A stretch of DNA of 64,000 bases, from contig NC_043005.1 of assembly GCF_006345805.1 (NCBI RefSeq), forward strand, positions 77,872,001-77,936,000. The letters run 5' to 3'. This DNA is from Octopus sinensis (taxonomy: Eukaryota). The position numbers and the translations under genes were made by a program. Below the pieces are notes generated by a model, which saw only the letters and a program-made list of their open reading frames with translations, searched no databases and was not told the origin of the DNA. Position 1 is the first letter of the stretch, and every line of letters starts with the position of its first letter. Of this stretch, positions 52,901 through 64,000 are shown piece after piece.

Positions 52901-53629
52901 TGTGTATTTGTGTGTGAATGTTTAGGTTAGGGGGATTGCTATATAGGTATGTTATAGAGTTTAGTAAAGGGAGATTTTATCATTATATGTTTTTATGAGT
53001 TTTGGTTTATCATGGTAGGTTTGTTAAGGAATTCGTAGTAATTTGTGTCTATTTGCGATGTCTGTTGTTTTATTGCATTGTTTCATTCATAATTTTTTAA
53101 GTAGTGTTCGTTTTACCAAGTGAATATAATTTTAATTCCATTTATTCCATTTCTCCGTTCATAATTTTAAGTGATGTCCGTTTCTAGAGCGAGATTGTGG
53201 GTTGTATGTGTGTGTGTGGGAGTATGAATAAGTATTGTGTTGAAGTATTTAGCTATTTTATTTATTTATAGTTGCCTAGACGTTTTTATGTGTATGTATA
53301 GGGATATATATATAGGTGTGTGATTTAGTGTATGTAGTTAGATATGGTTATATATAATTAGTTATATGTGTATGGGTATATATAGTTTATTATTATATTA
53401 TTATTATTTTTTTTGTTTTTTTTATATTTTATATTTTATATTTTATATTTTATATTTTATTTAATTGTTGATAGGTTTATTTTAGTTTATATATTGTTTA
53501 TATATTGATTATATATGGATTATATATAGGTTATATATGGATTATATATTTATATTTTTCACTAATACTTTAATTATTTTAAAATTATTATTTTTATATT
53601 TTAAAATATTGATTTTTTAGATTGTAAGT

Positions 53630-53672
53630 CCACCTGAAGATTGTCGATCAAGACAAGAAACAATTGTAGTGG
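53630..53672 (+). ncRNA. minimal type I hammerhead ribozyme, right copy
   Basis: CCAC-CUGAAGA-UUGUC-gaucaa-GACAA-GAAA-C-aauu-G-UA-GUGG. Stem I 4 bp, stem II 5 bp, palindromic stem III ACAAUUGU, predicted cleavage after 53668. Confidence 0.8.
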
Positions 53673-54194
53673 CGGTTTTTTTGACTATTTATTAAAATTT
53701 TATGTATTGATTAAGTCTTTTCTTGTTTGTTTTGCAAAATAGTGGTTTTGTCTCTAATAATTTATATATATATATATATAGTTAATACATTAAAATTCCA
53801 GAGAAGACAAGCATCAACATTTTCTTTTCCCTAAACATTTAGAATCTCGATTCAGTTGAGGATCTATTATTTAATGTCTTCAAATTATCCCCCTTCTTAT
53901 TTACGAGGCATTTGTTTGTGGTCTTCAATGGAGAAGGTTTCTGTAGATAATAATTTTGGTGTACGATTTTCTCTATGTGGCTATTGAAGTTCAATATTCA
54001 AATACATTCGTTTACAGGCAGAGACCTTTTGAGATATCTGTCTAACTGGTTGTGCTTCACACTGCGCCTCCTCTCTCTCTCTGTCTCATCCTTCTTCTCT
54101 TCCTCTCTGTATACATATACACACGCACACATGTATATATATATATATATATATATATACCTGTGCATGTATTCGTACATGTGACAATTGATAT

Positions 54195-54368
54195 TTATCT
54201 ATGTTAGTGTGCTCCGCCCTAATACTCAACTGGTACTTATTTGATCGATTCTGGAAGGATAAAAAGCAGAGTCGACCTCGGCGGAATTTGATCTCAGAAC
54301 CTACAGACGGTCGAAATGCCACTAAGCATTTTGTCTCACATACTATCGATTCTGCCAGTTCACTACCT
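54195..54368 (-). mobile_element. SINE family A, diverged
   Basis: Family A motifs. Confidence 0.7.
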
Positions 54369-54474
54369 TAATTATTATTAATATTTATATTTCTAATATA
54401 AAGCGACATGAAAACAATCAAATGTATATGCATGTATATTTACATATATGTGTGTTTATATGCGTGTGTTTACG

Positions 54475-54523
<49 letters not shown>

Positions 54524-54640
54524 TAGATAGATAGATAGATAGACAGATAGATAGATAGATAGAGAGGCAGACAGACAGACAAATAGAGAGATAGACAGAC
54601 AAATGGATAGAGAGATAGACATATAGATAGATAGAAAGAC

Positions 54641-54705
<65 letters not shown>

Positions 54706-54706
<1 letters not shown>

Positions 54707-54919
54707 CTTTCTTTATTGGCCACACAGGGATGAACACAGAGAGGACAAATACAAATGTAGAGCTTTTCTTTTCGAAAATGAAAAAGAAAAAAACGGAAAG
54801 AAAAGAGAGACAAAAAAGTAAAATTCCGATCAAATCTGGTCGGGAGGAAAAAAAGGTGATCAAAAAGGAGCGTGTATCACAGAAGAAATTTTTAAAATGT
54901 AAGAAGCAAGATTAGGTTC
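54706..54919 (-). mobile_element. short retroposon-like 3' end bounded by (GATA)n on both sides
   Basis: The minus strand ends CCCTGTGTGGCCAATAAAGAAAGT-(TATC)n. Upstream (TATC)n(TGTC)n lies at 54920-55034. Confidence 0.55.
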
Positions 54920-55034
<115 letters not shown>

Positions 55035-55540
55035 CAGGTGTGAAGGTGATGATTAAATAAACTGTACCGCTCCCCATTATATTTTGTCCTTGAGACAATA
55101 CCAGACATCAGGAATACTTACGTCTGCGATAATAATTATTTATATCATTCTTACATCATTGTTCATAAGCTAATTTCAATTTACAAGCTTTTACGTGTGC
55201 TTTTTGATGTATCTGTTGGTGTATAACCGCAAGACCGTCCTGGTTGTAAATGACTATGATCAAAGGTGTTCTAACCGTGATCATCACGTGTTTTTATATA
55301 TATCTAGTACAGGAATTGTACCAACTTTCTAGACACTGATGATCAGGATCCGCTTATAATCCGACTAATTTATATTAATACACTGGTACTTGTATTTCGT
55401 GTAACTATTTAAGAAAATTTAATATGGATAAAACAGAAGAAAAGACTCGTGGGATAAAGAGTCACAGGATGTGTGACGAAAGGGCTTACACAAAGGAAAC
55501 TAAAATAATAATAATAATAATAATAATCATAATCATAATC

Positions 55541-55573
<33 letters not shown>

Positions 55574-55611
55574 CATAATCAGCACATAATAATAATAATA
55601 ATAATAATATA

Positions 55612-56134
55612 TGCCCTGATGCAGTACCAAGCAGTGGATCTTAAATGATTGGAAGTGTTATGATGTACGTTGATTTGTCTTGGTGTAAAAGATGGGCTAC
55701 AGCAAATATTCTGCTCAATACCACAGATTTGCTTGTCAGTTGTTTGACCTTAACTAGTTGAGCATTTCCCTTAGAGGCTGATGATATGTGCATCTCTGAT
55801 CACGAGCAGAAGTAGTGGGGGAGCATCATAGCCATGTGATGAGAGGGATTCTTTGGGGTTTGAATAATTCACCTCTGGTAACATGGGTGTTTCGTTCAAC
55901 ATCCTTAAACAACCCTTATTCAGGGACCTTCGACCAGAAGAAAATTCTAACTGGGCCCCACATGCAAGGTCATGTGCTATTTATCTTGATATGAGAACAC
56001 CATGTCACGCACATATGGTTGTGATGCGTGTGCCTGGTGTACCCTTATCAGACTGGTACCCTTATGATGGGTATACTGGGCTTCGTATATTTTACCGCAG
56101 TGTCACTTTGATGACATGCACTGCTCTCTCACTC
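55612..56134 (+). mobile_element. ~520-bp ORF-less element bounded by (TAA)n, candidate non-autonomous retroposon
   Basis: Complex sequence with sharp boundaries into TAA tracts on both sides. No long ORF with recognisable homology. Confidence 0.55.
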
Positions 56135-56154
56135 AATAATAATAATAATGATAA

Positions 56155-56213
<59 letters not shown>

Positions 56214-56238
56214 TAAAAGGAAAAAAAAAGTAATAATC

Positions 56239-56290
<52 letters not shown>

Positions 56291-56291
56291 T

Positions 56292-56596
56292 AGCAATAGG
56301 GGCTGATTGCTACCTAACTCAGATAAAAGGAAACCCCAAAATGGCAGAAATTCAAAAGATAGTGCTCATGGGAACTGCTCATATCCTACACAAAATACTT
56401 TCTATGTAATCTCAAGGTTTAAAACAAACATAATTTTTTTTTAGACATCCACAAGTACAACACCCCAAAAAACAACAACCAAATATATGGCACACTAGGC
56501 ATAACAACGACGTGAACTTCCAACCTGTTGTCTCTTGAGGTCTCTGGGTGAGACTTGGAGTCAACTTGTACAAATATAAAGCAAAAGTCAAACATA

Positions 56597-56597
<1 letters not shown>
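56292..56597 (+). mobile_element. R4/Dong-like element, extreme 3' end, family 2
   Basis: YLTQIKGNPKMAEIQKIVLMGTAHILHKILSM* resembles IQKIALLGTAHILRRTLSIQ* of the next element, but the 3' UTR differs. TAA on both sides. Confidence 0.8.
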
Positions 56598-56660
<63 letters not shown>

Positions 56661-56661
<1 letters not shown>

Positions 56662-58149
56662 GATATGAAATTTGGATTAGAAAAATGCGCCAAAGTAACC
56701 ATGAAAAGAGGAAAACTAGTTAAGAGTAACAACATCACACTAGATAAAACCAATGAAATAAAAGAATTAGACCAAGGCCAAACTTACAAATACTTAGGAA
56801 TCCATGAACTAGATAAGACACAACACACACAAATGAAAGAGAAAATAAAAAAAGAATATTATAGACGAGTTAGATCAATACTAAACACAGAGCTCAATGC
56901 TAAAAACAAGATAATAGGTATCAACACTTTAGCTGTCCCAGTTATAAGTTACAGCTACAATATCCTTAACTGGACACGAAATGAACTGACCAAAATAGAT
57001 AGGAAAACAAGAAAAATAATGACAGGATCTAGGATGCATCACCCAAATCTGACATAGAAAGACTATATATACAACGTATAGAAGGTGGTAGAGGCCTTAT
57101 ACAGCTGGAAAACTACTATAAAATAACCACCATAGGACTGCAAAAATATCTACTTGAGAAGGAAGGAAAACTGATCCAGATAGCGGCAAAACACGAGCAA
57201 AACAAAAAACTGTTCTCAGTATTTAAGGAAGCTGACAAATACAAACAAGAAATCATACCACCTAATAAACATGAAGAAGAAGAAGAAGAGGATGAAGAAA
57301 CAACAAAAGCTATAAAACAAATGAAATCCAAACTAAAAATAGAACAGCAACGAACCATGATAAAACGATGGCAAGAAAAGCCCCTTCATGGTAAATACTG
57401 GACTAAACTAAACGCAAAAGAAATAGACAAAGAAAAATCCCAGCAATGGTTGAGAAGCTCAGGACTCAAAGCAGAGACAGAGGGATTTTTAATTGCAGCA
57501 CAAGACCAAAGCCTCCCCACCAGAAATTACCAAAAACATGTAATGAAAAGAAATATTACAAGTAACTGCAGAATATGTGGAGATGGACAAGAAACAATAA
57601 ATCATATTATCTTTAGCTGCCCAGTCCTGGCTAAGAAGGAATATATTCACAGACATGACAGAGTTGGAACCTACATACATTGGAAGCTATGCCAACATTA
57701 TGGAATAACAACAGAAAAAAGATGGTATAGGCACACACCAGAAAAGGTCACAGAAAACGAGAAAGCAACCATACTCTGGGATATGCCGATACACACAGAT
57801 AGAGAAATTAAGGCCAACAGACCAGATATAGTTGTCAGAGATCATGAAGAAAAAAATGCTTTCTAATTTCAAAAACCTGGAAATAGAGGTAACTAGAATG
57901 TGGAATCTGAAAACAGAAACAATTCCTATCATAGTAGGGGCATTAGGCATGATAAAAAAATATTCAGACAAATACATAACAAAAACACCAGGACTTACAA
58001 ACACATATAACATACAGAAAATTGCACTACTAGGCACTGCACACATCCTACGCAGAACACTTTCCATACAATAACCATCAGAGCATCACAACAAATACCA
58101 GCTGTGCTCGGTAGTGAAGTGAAAGCACGCTATAAAAATAAAACTACTG
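56661..58149 (+). mobile_element. 5'-truncated R4/Dong-like non-LTR retrotransposon (RT end, CCHC, restriction-like endonuclease)
   Basis: KFGLEKC, YKYLG, RLY...GGRGL, CRICGDGQETINHIIFSC, RHD, RPDIV and IIVGALG motifs. Frameshift near 57045 and a deletion near 57865. (AAT)n on both flanks. Confidence 0.93.
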
Positions 58150-58485
58150 AATAATAATAATAATAATAATAATATAAGACTGATCCCTGGAAGAATGTCT
58201 TAACTGTTACGTCACGAGTGTTGAGAAGAGCATTGTCACTGTGAATTTTCTTTCCCTTTTTCCTATTATTTTCTTTTTGCATCTTTTCCTTTTTCTCTGT
58301 CTTTCTTCCTCTTTTCCTCTATCATATGACTTTACAAATGAATAATCTAGTGTGTTTATTTTAATAACTTACTAATATATGCAGTGTTTTTCTCTGCCCT
58401 AGGTGTCAGGAAGACACTCGGCAGGAAATGGAAACAGAATTGAATGAATATAATAATAATAATAATAGTAATAGTAATAATAATA

Positions 58486-58531
<46 letters not shown>

Positions 58532-58544
58532 CCTTTCTACTATA

Positions 58545-58735
58545 GACAAAAGCTTCGGAATTTTGGAGGAAGTGACTAATCGATAACATGGACCTCAGTA
58601 CTTATCTTATCGACTCTGAAATGATGAAAGGCAAAGTTGACCGCTGCGGAATGTGATCTCAGAACCTAAAGAACCGAAAGGAATGCCGCTAAGCATTTTG
58701 TCCGATGTGCTAACGATTCTGTTTGCTCGCTGCCT
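58545..58735 (-). mobile_element. SINE family A, diverged
   Basis: Family A motifs. Confidence 0.65.
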
Positions 58736-60299
58736 TCTTACGTACAATTATAGAGAGTAGCTTACTTTACTGCTGTGAACATTCGTTTCAAAATCATTGT
58801 TGTGAAAGTGAATATTTTTATTGATAGTTTCTTGAAAACCTACGGCTTCTCTAACTTGATTACGATTCACAATTATGCTAATGATTATCACAATGCCGTA
58901 TTGATTGTCATTTGTAAACGTAACATAAGAGTCACTCTTTTTTTTGTTTCTCTTTAGAATCGATTAACTCTTTCGCCTTGCAAATACACTGCCAGTTGCA
59001 CTTAGTTGTTGTTATTGTTAAACTTCCAGTTCAAAATTTATCGAGCAGAACTATAATTAAATATATTCTAATCATTAATCTTTCGGTTTCTTTTTGCTTT
59101 TTTAGGAAGTCTGTACATCATCCAATGTGTTATTTTAAAAGCCAGTTGCATTTAATTTGATTAGGGCATTCAAATTGTAATTTTCTCGTCTCATCGTTTC
59201 CTTCTTCTAGCATAGTTTACCTAGGACTATATCATCTTATGTGTTCTCATTTTTAAGATAGTGCAACCGTGTGTTTTGAACGAGATTCGGACACACATAA
59301 TAGTTGATCAAGTGCTGTATAGAATCCCTGAAGGAACAATTTGATGTCGAGAGACTATCGTCATTTCCAGGAGAAGATTCATCTCTCATGAACGCAATAT
59401 CGACACCAATATTCGGTGCCATAATTATGAATCAAATCGTGAAAAGGGAAAAGGATTTAATTAATCAATAGAATTCCCTGAGTCCGTCGAAGGGACAGGG
59501 TCTCCTATGAGGTTGATAGACTTGCTAGAAAACGCAAAAAAATCTTCTTTAAAGTACATCTTAGAGTTTTTAAAATGAAAAGTTGCTTTGGATAATGTAA
59601 TCCTAGACACGACTGCATTTGCTTTTAATAAAAGGTCTGTTGGATTAAGGCTAACCCAAGTCAACCTTGATTCAACAGCTACAAAACAGCAACAACGACA
59701 ATAATAGATAGCGGTCGAGCTTGAGAGGGTGCTCCAATATGGTAATTCGATTTACTAGAAAAAGCAGTCAATTTTCTTTCAAACTATAAATGATTACCTT
59801 AAAAAAAATACGAACGACGGATTTGAACATTCGATAGCATAGTCCTAGGTACATCAGGTATGGAGATAAACACACCGGGATGGCCAGGGCTAGAATTCCT
59901 TTAATCAGATGTTGGTTGGGCTGGGGTTAAACAACAGCAGCAACAACAACAACAGCAACAGCAAAAGCCGCAACTACACTATGTGATCATGGTTGAGTCA
60001 GTGAGAGAGCTTCAATGTATTCTCTCGATTTGCTAAACAAAGCAGTTAATTCTCTATTAAACCATGAATGACTATCTTAGGACAATACGAAGGACGCATT
60101 TGGATATTCGTTAGCGTAGTCCTAGATACAATATGTAAGGAGGAAAAACAAAATACCACCACAACAGTATGGTCACGGTGGAATAGCTTAAACCATGTTT
60201 GTCTTCCAGCACATCGGAAACCAACCTGGAATTTCCGGGGTCCCGTGCTTTTGCTTGATACTCGTTGAACCTACACTGGGGTCATATGTCCTTTTGACA

Positions 60300-60615
60300 G
60301 GTCTTGATTTTAGTCCTTCTGGGTTTCTAGCAAATCTCCTCACCAGGCTAGCCTAGGGGGGAATTCCGGTTTAGTCGCTGACGACAGACCATGCAGTAGC
60401 CGTCCAAGAATTTGGACCTGGAGATTTCCATTTCCAGCGACTTCGAGGGCCACCTCCCAGTGGTGTCGGGCGTCAACGAAGAGCCCTCGACTACAACAAG
60501 ACGACCAAAGTTGTTTTTCCAAAGTCTGGGGTCCTCCGCCCCTAAGCCCTAGACCATCACCTAATCACCCTTGCCCGTCTTGATGCTTAACAACAACAAC
60601 AACAACAACAACAAT
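60300..60615 (+). mobile_element. RTE-type LINE 3' end with (AAC)n tail
   Basis: RPCSSRPRIWT resembles the R.RGRP...W terminal motif. A GC-richer 3' UTR ends in an (AAC)n tail. Confidence 0.5.
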
Positions 60616-61202
60616 AACAACTATGCAGTAGCTTGTGTCGGACTGCATGTTACCTGTAACCCTAATGAGAAACCTTACAAGTGACCCAACATGGGGTGGT
60701 GTAAGAGCGTTTAAAATTGATCCAGAGTTCCCTACTGATATGTGTTATTTCAGAAGAATGGAAAAAAAAAGTTGATTTCGGGTGGGTTCGAAACATAGAA
60801 ATAATATTTATAGTTACTTTTGCTAATGATAATTGAAGTCAAAGATTGTTTAAAATGTCAAAGTGACATTTGCAAATAAAAACAAAGCGAAAAAATTAGC
60901 ATTAAAAAAAAAAACTATTTGCACAACTACGTAAACTGATAAAAATTAACATGAAAATTAACATGTACAAAAACCGATAATAATGCAGATCTACAGAAAT
61001 GATTGGTAGTCGCTCTACCCTATGAACTTGTCATACAAGAATGATATATATAGTTGTAATTATTAGTAACAATTGGACGGCCGAGGATATCATGATATGT
61101 TCAGGTTTTTAACCCCGCAACGAGTTCACGGCGACCTCTTTGAAAACAGGTCACTACATAGAGCGTAAACACTGTAGTATCAATATTTTGTTAACTTTAT
61201 GC

Positions 61203-61410
61203 AGCGAACTGGCAGAATCGCTAGCCCATCTGAAAGAAAAAAAATGCTTAGTGGCATTTTTTGTTTTAAGGTTCTGAGTTCAATTTCCGCCAAAGTCGAC
61301 TTTGCCTTTTATCATTTCGGGACCGATGAAATAAGTACCTGTTGATCACTGGGGTCGATGTAATTGACTTATCCCTTCTCCCCAAATTGCTGGCCTTGTA
61401 CTAAAGTGTG
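61203..61410 (+). mobile_element. SINE family A, diverged
   Basis: Family A motifs. Confidence 0.7.
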
Positions 61411-61682
61411 GAATCAATAATTTGGTAAACTAAGACGGCGAGCTGGCAGAATCTTTAGGGTGCTGGAGAAATACTAAAGCATTGGTGGTTGATAGTATCG
61501 ATTCGCACTTTCTCCTTCTCTCTTTCTTTCTCTCTCTGTCTACCTCCCCTCTCTCTGTCTCTCATGCTCTCTGCAAGCACATACTCACACAATCACACAC
61601 ATATATTCATATATATGTGCATATATATTACATATATGTATAAACATGCCTACATATACAACAAATAATAAACACACACAAG

Positions 61683-61730
<48 letters not shown>

Positions 61731-62133
61731 CACGCTCATACGCATATATACATACATGCATACATACATACATACACTGACACATTCATATATATATATA
61801 TATATATGGTGTGTGTGAGTGTGTGTGTGTCTGTCTGTGTCCGTTCCCTTTATAACTGACTTCTGAGTTAAAACAACAAAATTGAAAAAATGAAAGCTGC
61901 AATTATTCTGTCTACTATGATGTAAATATGATATAAATAATTATGATCTCAGACATCAAAAGCGCTTTTGTCTGGAATTGTCTCAAGGCCAAAATATATT
62001 GTGGTTAGCGGTGCAGCCTATTTAAATATCGCCACTGCGCTTATTTATTTCTTTTAAACGTTATTCATCTTTATACTGTAATTCGTGAACGAAAGAGTCG
62101 GTGGTCACTGGTTTTGAAGGTGGCAATTAATAC

Positions 62134-62246
62134 CTGGATTACAGTATTTATGGAAGCTAGAGTGGAAAGCGGCGTCTGCGGATCGGTGCAACTGACTACA
62201 TCCCTGGAAAGAACCTTTTCAGAAGACACTTGGCGTACATCCTTCG
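62134..62246 (-). CDS. candidate internal exon, phase 1-0 (KDVRQVSSEKVLSRDVVSCTDPQTPLSTLASINTVIQ)
   Basis: Acceptor tatatctatag and donor CAG|GTATTA. A single frame is open, with locally raised GC. Confidence 0.35.
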
Positions 62247-62273
62247 CTATAGATATATAAATACATAAGTACA

Positions 62274-62304
<31 letters not shown>

Positions 62305-62539
62305 CATACAGATATACAAATTATACTTGCATACATATATTTATATACATATATACGTAGTAAATACAGCCTTACACATACGTATTTAGGTATTTAGATG
62401 CATATTTACACTCATACGTAAATATTTACGTGCGTTTAATTCACACGTACGTACGGACATGCTTTCATCTATCTATCCACCAATCCACCTACGTACATAC
62501 ATACATATATTCACACATACATATATATACATATAATGA

Positions 62540-62960
62540 TTTGGGAAAGAGAGGAGAAACTGCGCACAGTTGTGGAAATTAGCTGCAGAACGGATGTTAA
62601 CATAAAGCTGAAGATCAGCGAAAAAGGAAACACCTACTATTGAGAAATCTGCGGTCACTCTATCCAGATTACAAGCTTAGGTTTACACCTGTAATTATTG
62701 AGGCACTGGGATATGTAACACACTGCCTAAATACCAATCTTGAGAAATTAGGCTTCTCAAAACCAAAAACGAGAAAGCTAATTCAAAGACTACAGATCCA
62801 ATCCATCACTGGAACTGTAAAAACCTGTAAAACTTTTCAGAAATTTAAATATATATGAGAATATATGAGAATCATTTAAATACATATGAGAATGTCTAGA
62901 TATGCTACTATATACATGAGAATGTATACATAAAACAAGACATACGAATCTGCACATATA
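62540..62960 (+). mobile_element. RLE-type non-LTR retrotransposon 3' end, third family
   Basis: TVVEISC...LRNLRSLYPDYKLRFTPVIIEALGYV...LQIQSITGTVKTCKTF, followed by a 3' UTR with repeated ATATGAGAAT. Confidence 0.7.
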
Positions 62961-63239
62961 CTTACATGCATGAATGCATCTATACATAAATACATATGTA
63001 CATACAAAGGGGCGAAACTACAAGGACTTTCCGGATTCCGTCTGATGAGGAAATCGGCTACGAATGATACGTGTATCTTATTTTTGCATTGTTTGCTGTT
63101 TGTCGTGTTGTCCTCTGTTTTTCAACAGGTTTTGTTGGTTCCCGTTTGTTGTGTTCTTTCTGTTCTACCTTTGATTTATCCATGCGACGCTCCATACAGC
63201 CTGTTGTTTGCTTTGTTAAAAAAGATATCCCTTGAATAT

Positions 63240-63710
63240 TATGTGCGACTCTCGCCCTCTTTTCCTTCCTTTTCTCCCTTATTCCTTCCTTTTCTCTGTG
63301 TGTCTTTTCTCTCTTTGTCTCTGTGGGTCTCTTTCTCTCTTTCTCTGTCCCTGTCTCTGTCTCTCTGTCTCTCTGTCTCTCACTCTCTCTTCGCTTTTCT
63401 CCCTTATTACCTTCCTTCTCTCTCTCTGTCTCTTTTCTCCCCCTCTCTCCCTTTCCTTCACCCTCGTTCCTCAATCCCTCTGATTTCATTTTCCCTCTCT
63501 CGTATTCCTTAATCCCTTTTCCTCCCTCCCTCTTATGCTTCAATCCCTTTGCTTTCCTTTCTCACCTCCTTTGTACCTTTCTCACCTCCTTTGTACCTTT
63601 CTCTCTCTCTCTTTGCCTCTCTCTCCCTCCCTCTCATTCTTTAGTCCCTCTGATTTCTTTCCCCTCTCTCTTATTCCTTAGTACCTCTGCCCCTTCAACT
63701 CCCTCCCTCA
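63240..63710. repeat. CT-rich low-complexity tract with internal duplications
   Basis: Direct reading, e.g. TTTCTCACCTCCTTTGTACC twice. Confidence 0.85.
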
Positions 63711-64000
63711 TCTACCACGTGATCACTGTCCGGTTAAGGTATTGTCGTCCTTTTTCGACCAGCCGCCTTCCAGGCTGGTCGCGCTCGTCTGTCCTCCCGC
63801 CTGGTCTGTTAAGTTTTTCCATTTTTCCATGTTTCCTTTGCACCAGCTTACTACGCTTGTCTGATAGAAAGACCTTTTCTCTTATTCATTTATGTTGTAA
63901 TTGTACAATTATTTTTCGTTTGTTGTATAGCGGAAAAGCACTTGTTCATTGTATACGTATTATTCTTCTTCTGTTGCACTTGCATTACTATTTCATAACG

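Larger units (their letters stand above)
49710..53763. mobile_element. nested inverted-repeat complex, probably Penelope-like element derived
   Basis: Arms 49797-51460 and 52101-53763 are reverse complements around a 640-bp spacer. About seven copies of an internal unit, (TA)n at both ends, and a hammerhead in each arm. No intact RT ORF. Confidence 0.75.

Noticed and set aside
59237-59664. Two minus-strand ORFs (MAPNIGVD..., ...VSLNPTDLLL...)
   Set aside because: The second overlaps a dispersed repeat body (GGATAATGTAATCCTAG...). The first has stops in all frames before the nearest donor and no recognisable homology.
63035-63085. CTGATGA...GAATGA-TACGTGTA-TC hammerhead-like string
   Set aside because: GAAA is disrupted, stem II is poor and there is no stem I pairing. 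At most a decayed relic.

Overview
AT-rich, microsatellite-dense animal genomic DNA. The SINE families look like those of Octopus-type cephalopods, which is my inference from familiarity, not a database result. Most of the ORF track is microsatellite translation (YI/HT/CV repeats). The window is dominated by tRNA-derived SINEs, decayed mariner/Tc1 transposons, non-autonomous Helitrons and LINE fragments. No complete or nameable host gene can be supported, only a few candidate exons. Main points of interest: (1) a ~4 kb nested inverted-repeat complex (49.7-53.8 kb), probably Penelope-like, with a minimal type I hammerhead ribozyme motif and palindromic stem III in each arm; (2) a second, unrelated hammerhead motif with a long stem II at 41.36-41.43 kb; (3) a chain of R4/Dong-like RLE retroelements plus an ORF-less ~520 bp element, each bounded by (TAA)n, at 55.5-58.2 kb; (4) a short element bounded on both sides by (TATC)n at two loci; (5) a codon-like (D/E-I-P)19 repeat next to a TGACGT-rich foldback at 19.5-20 kb. 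Coordinates, counts and identities were read by eye and are approximate unless stated otherwise.
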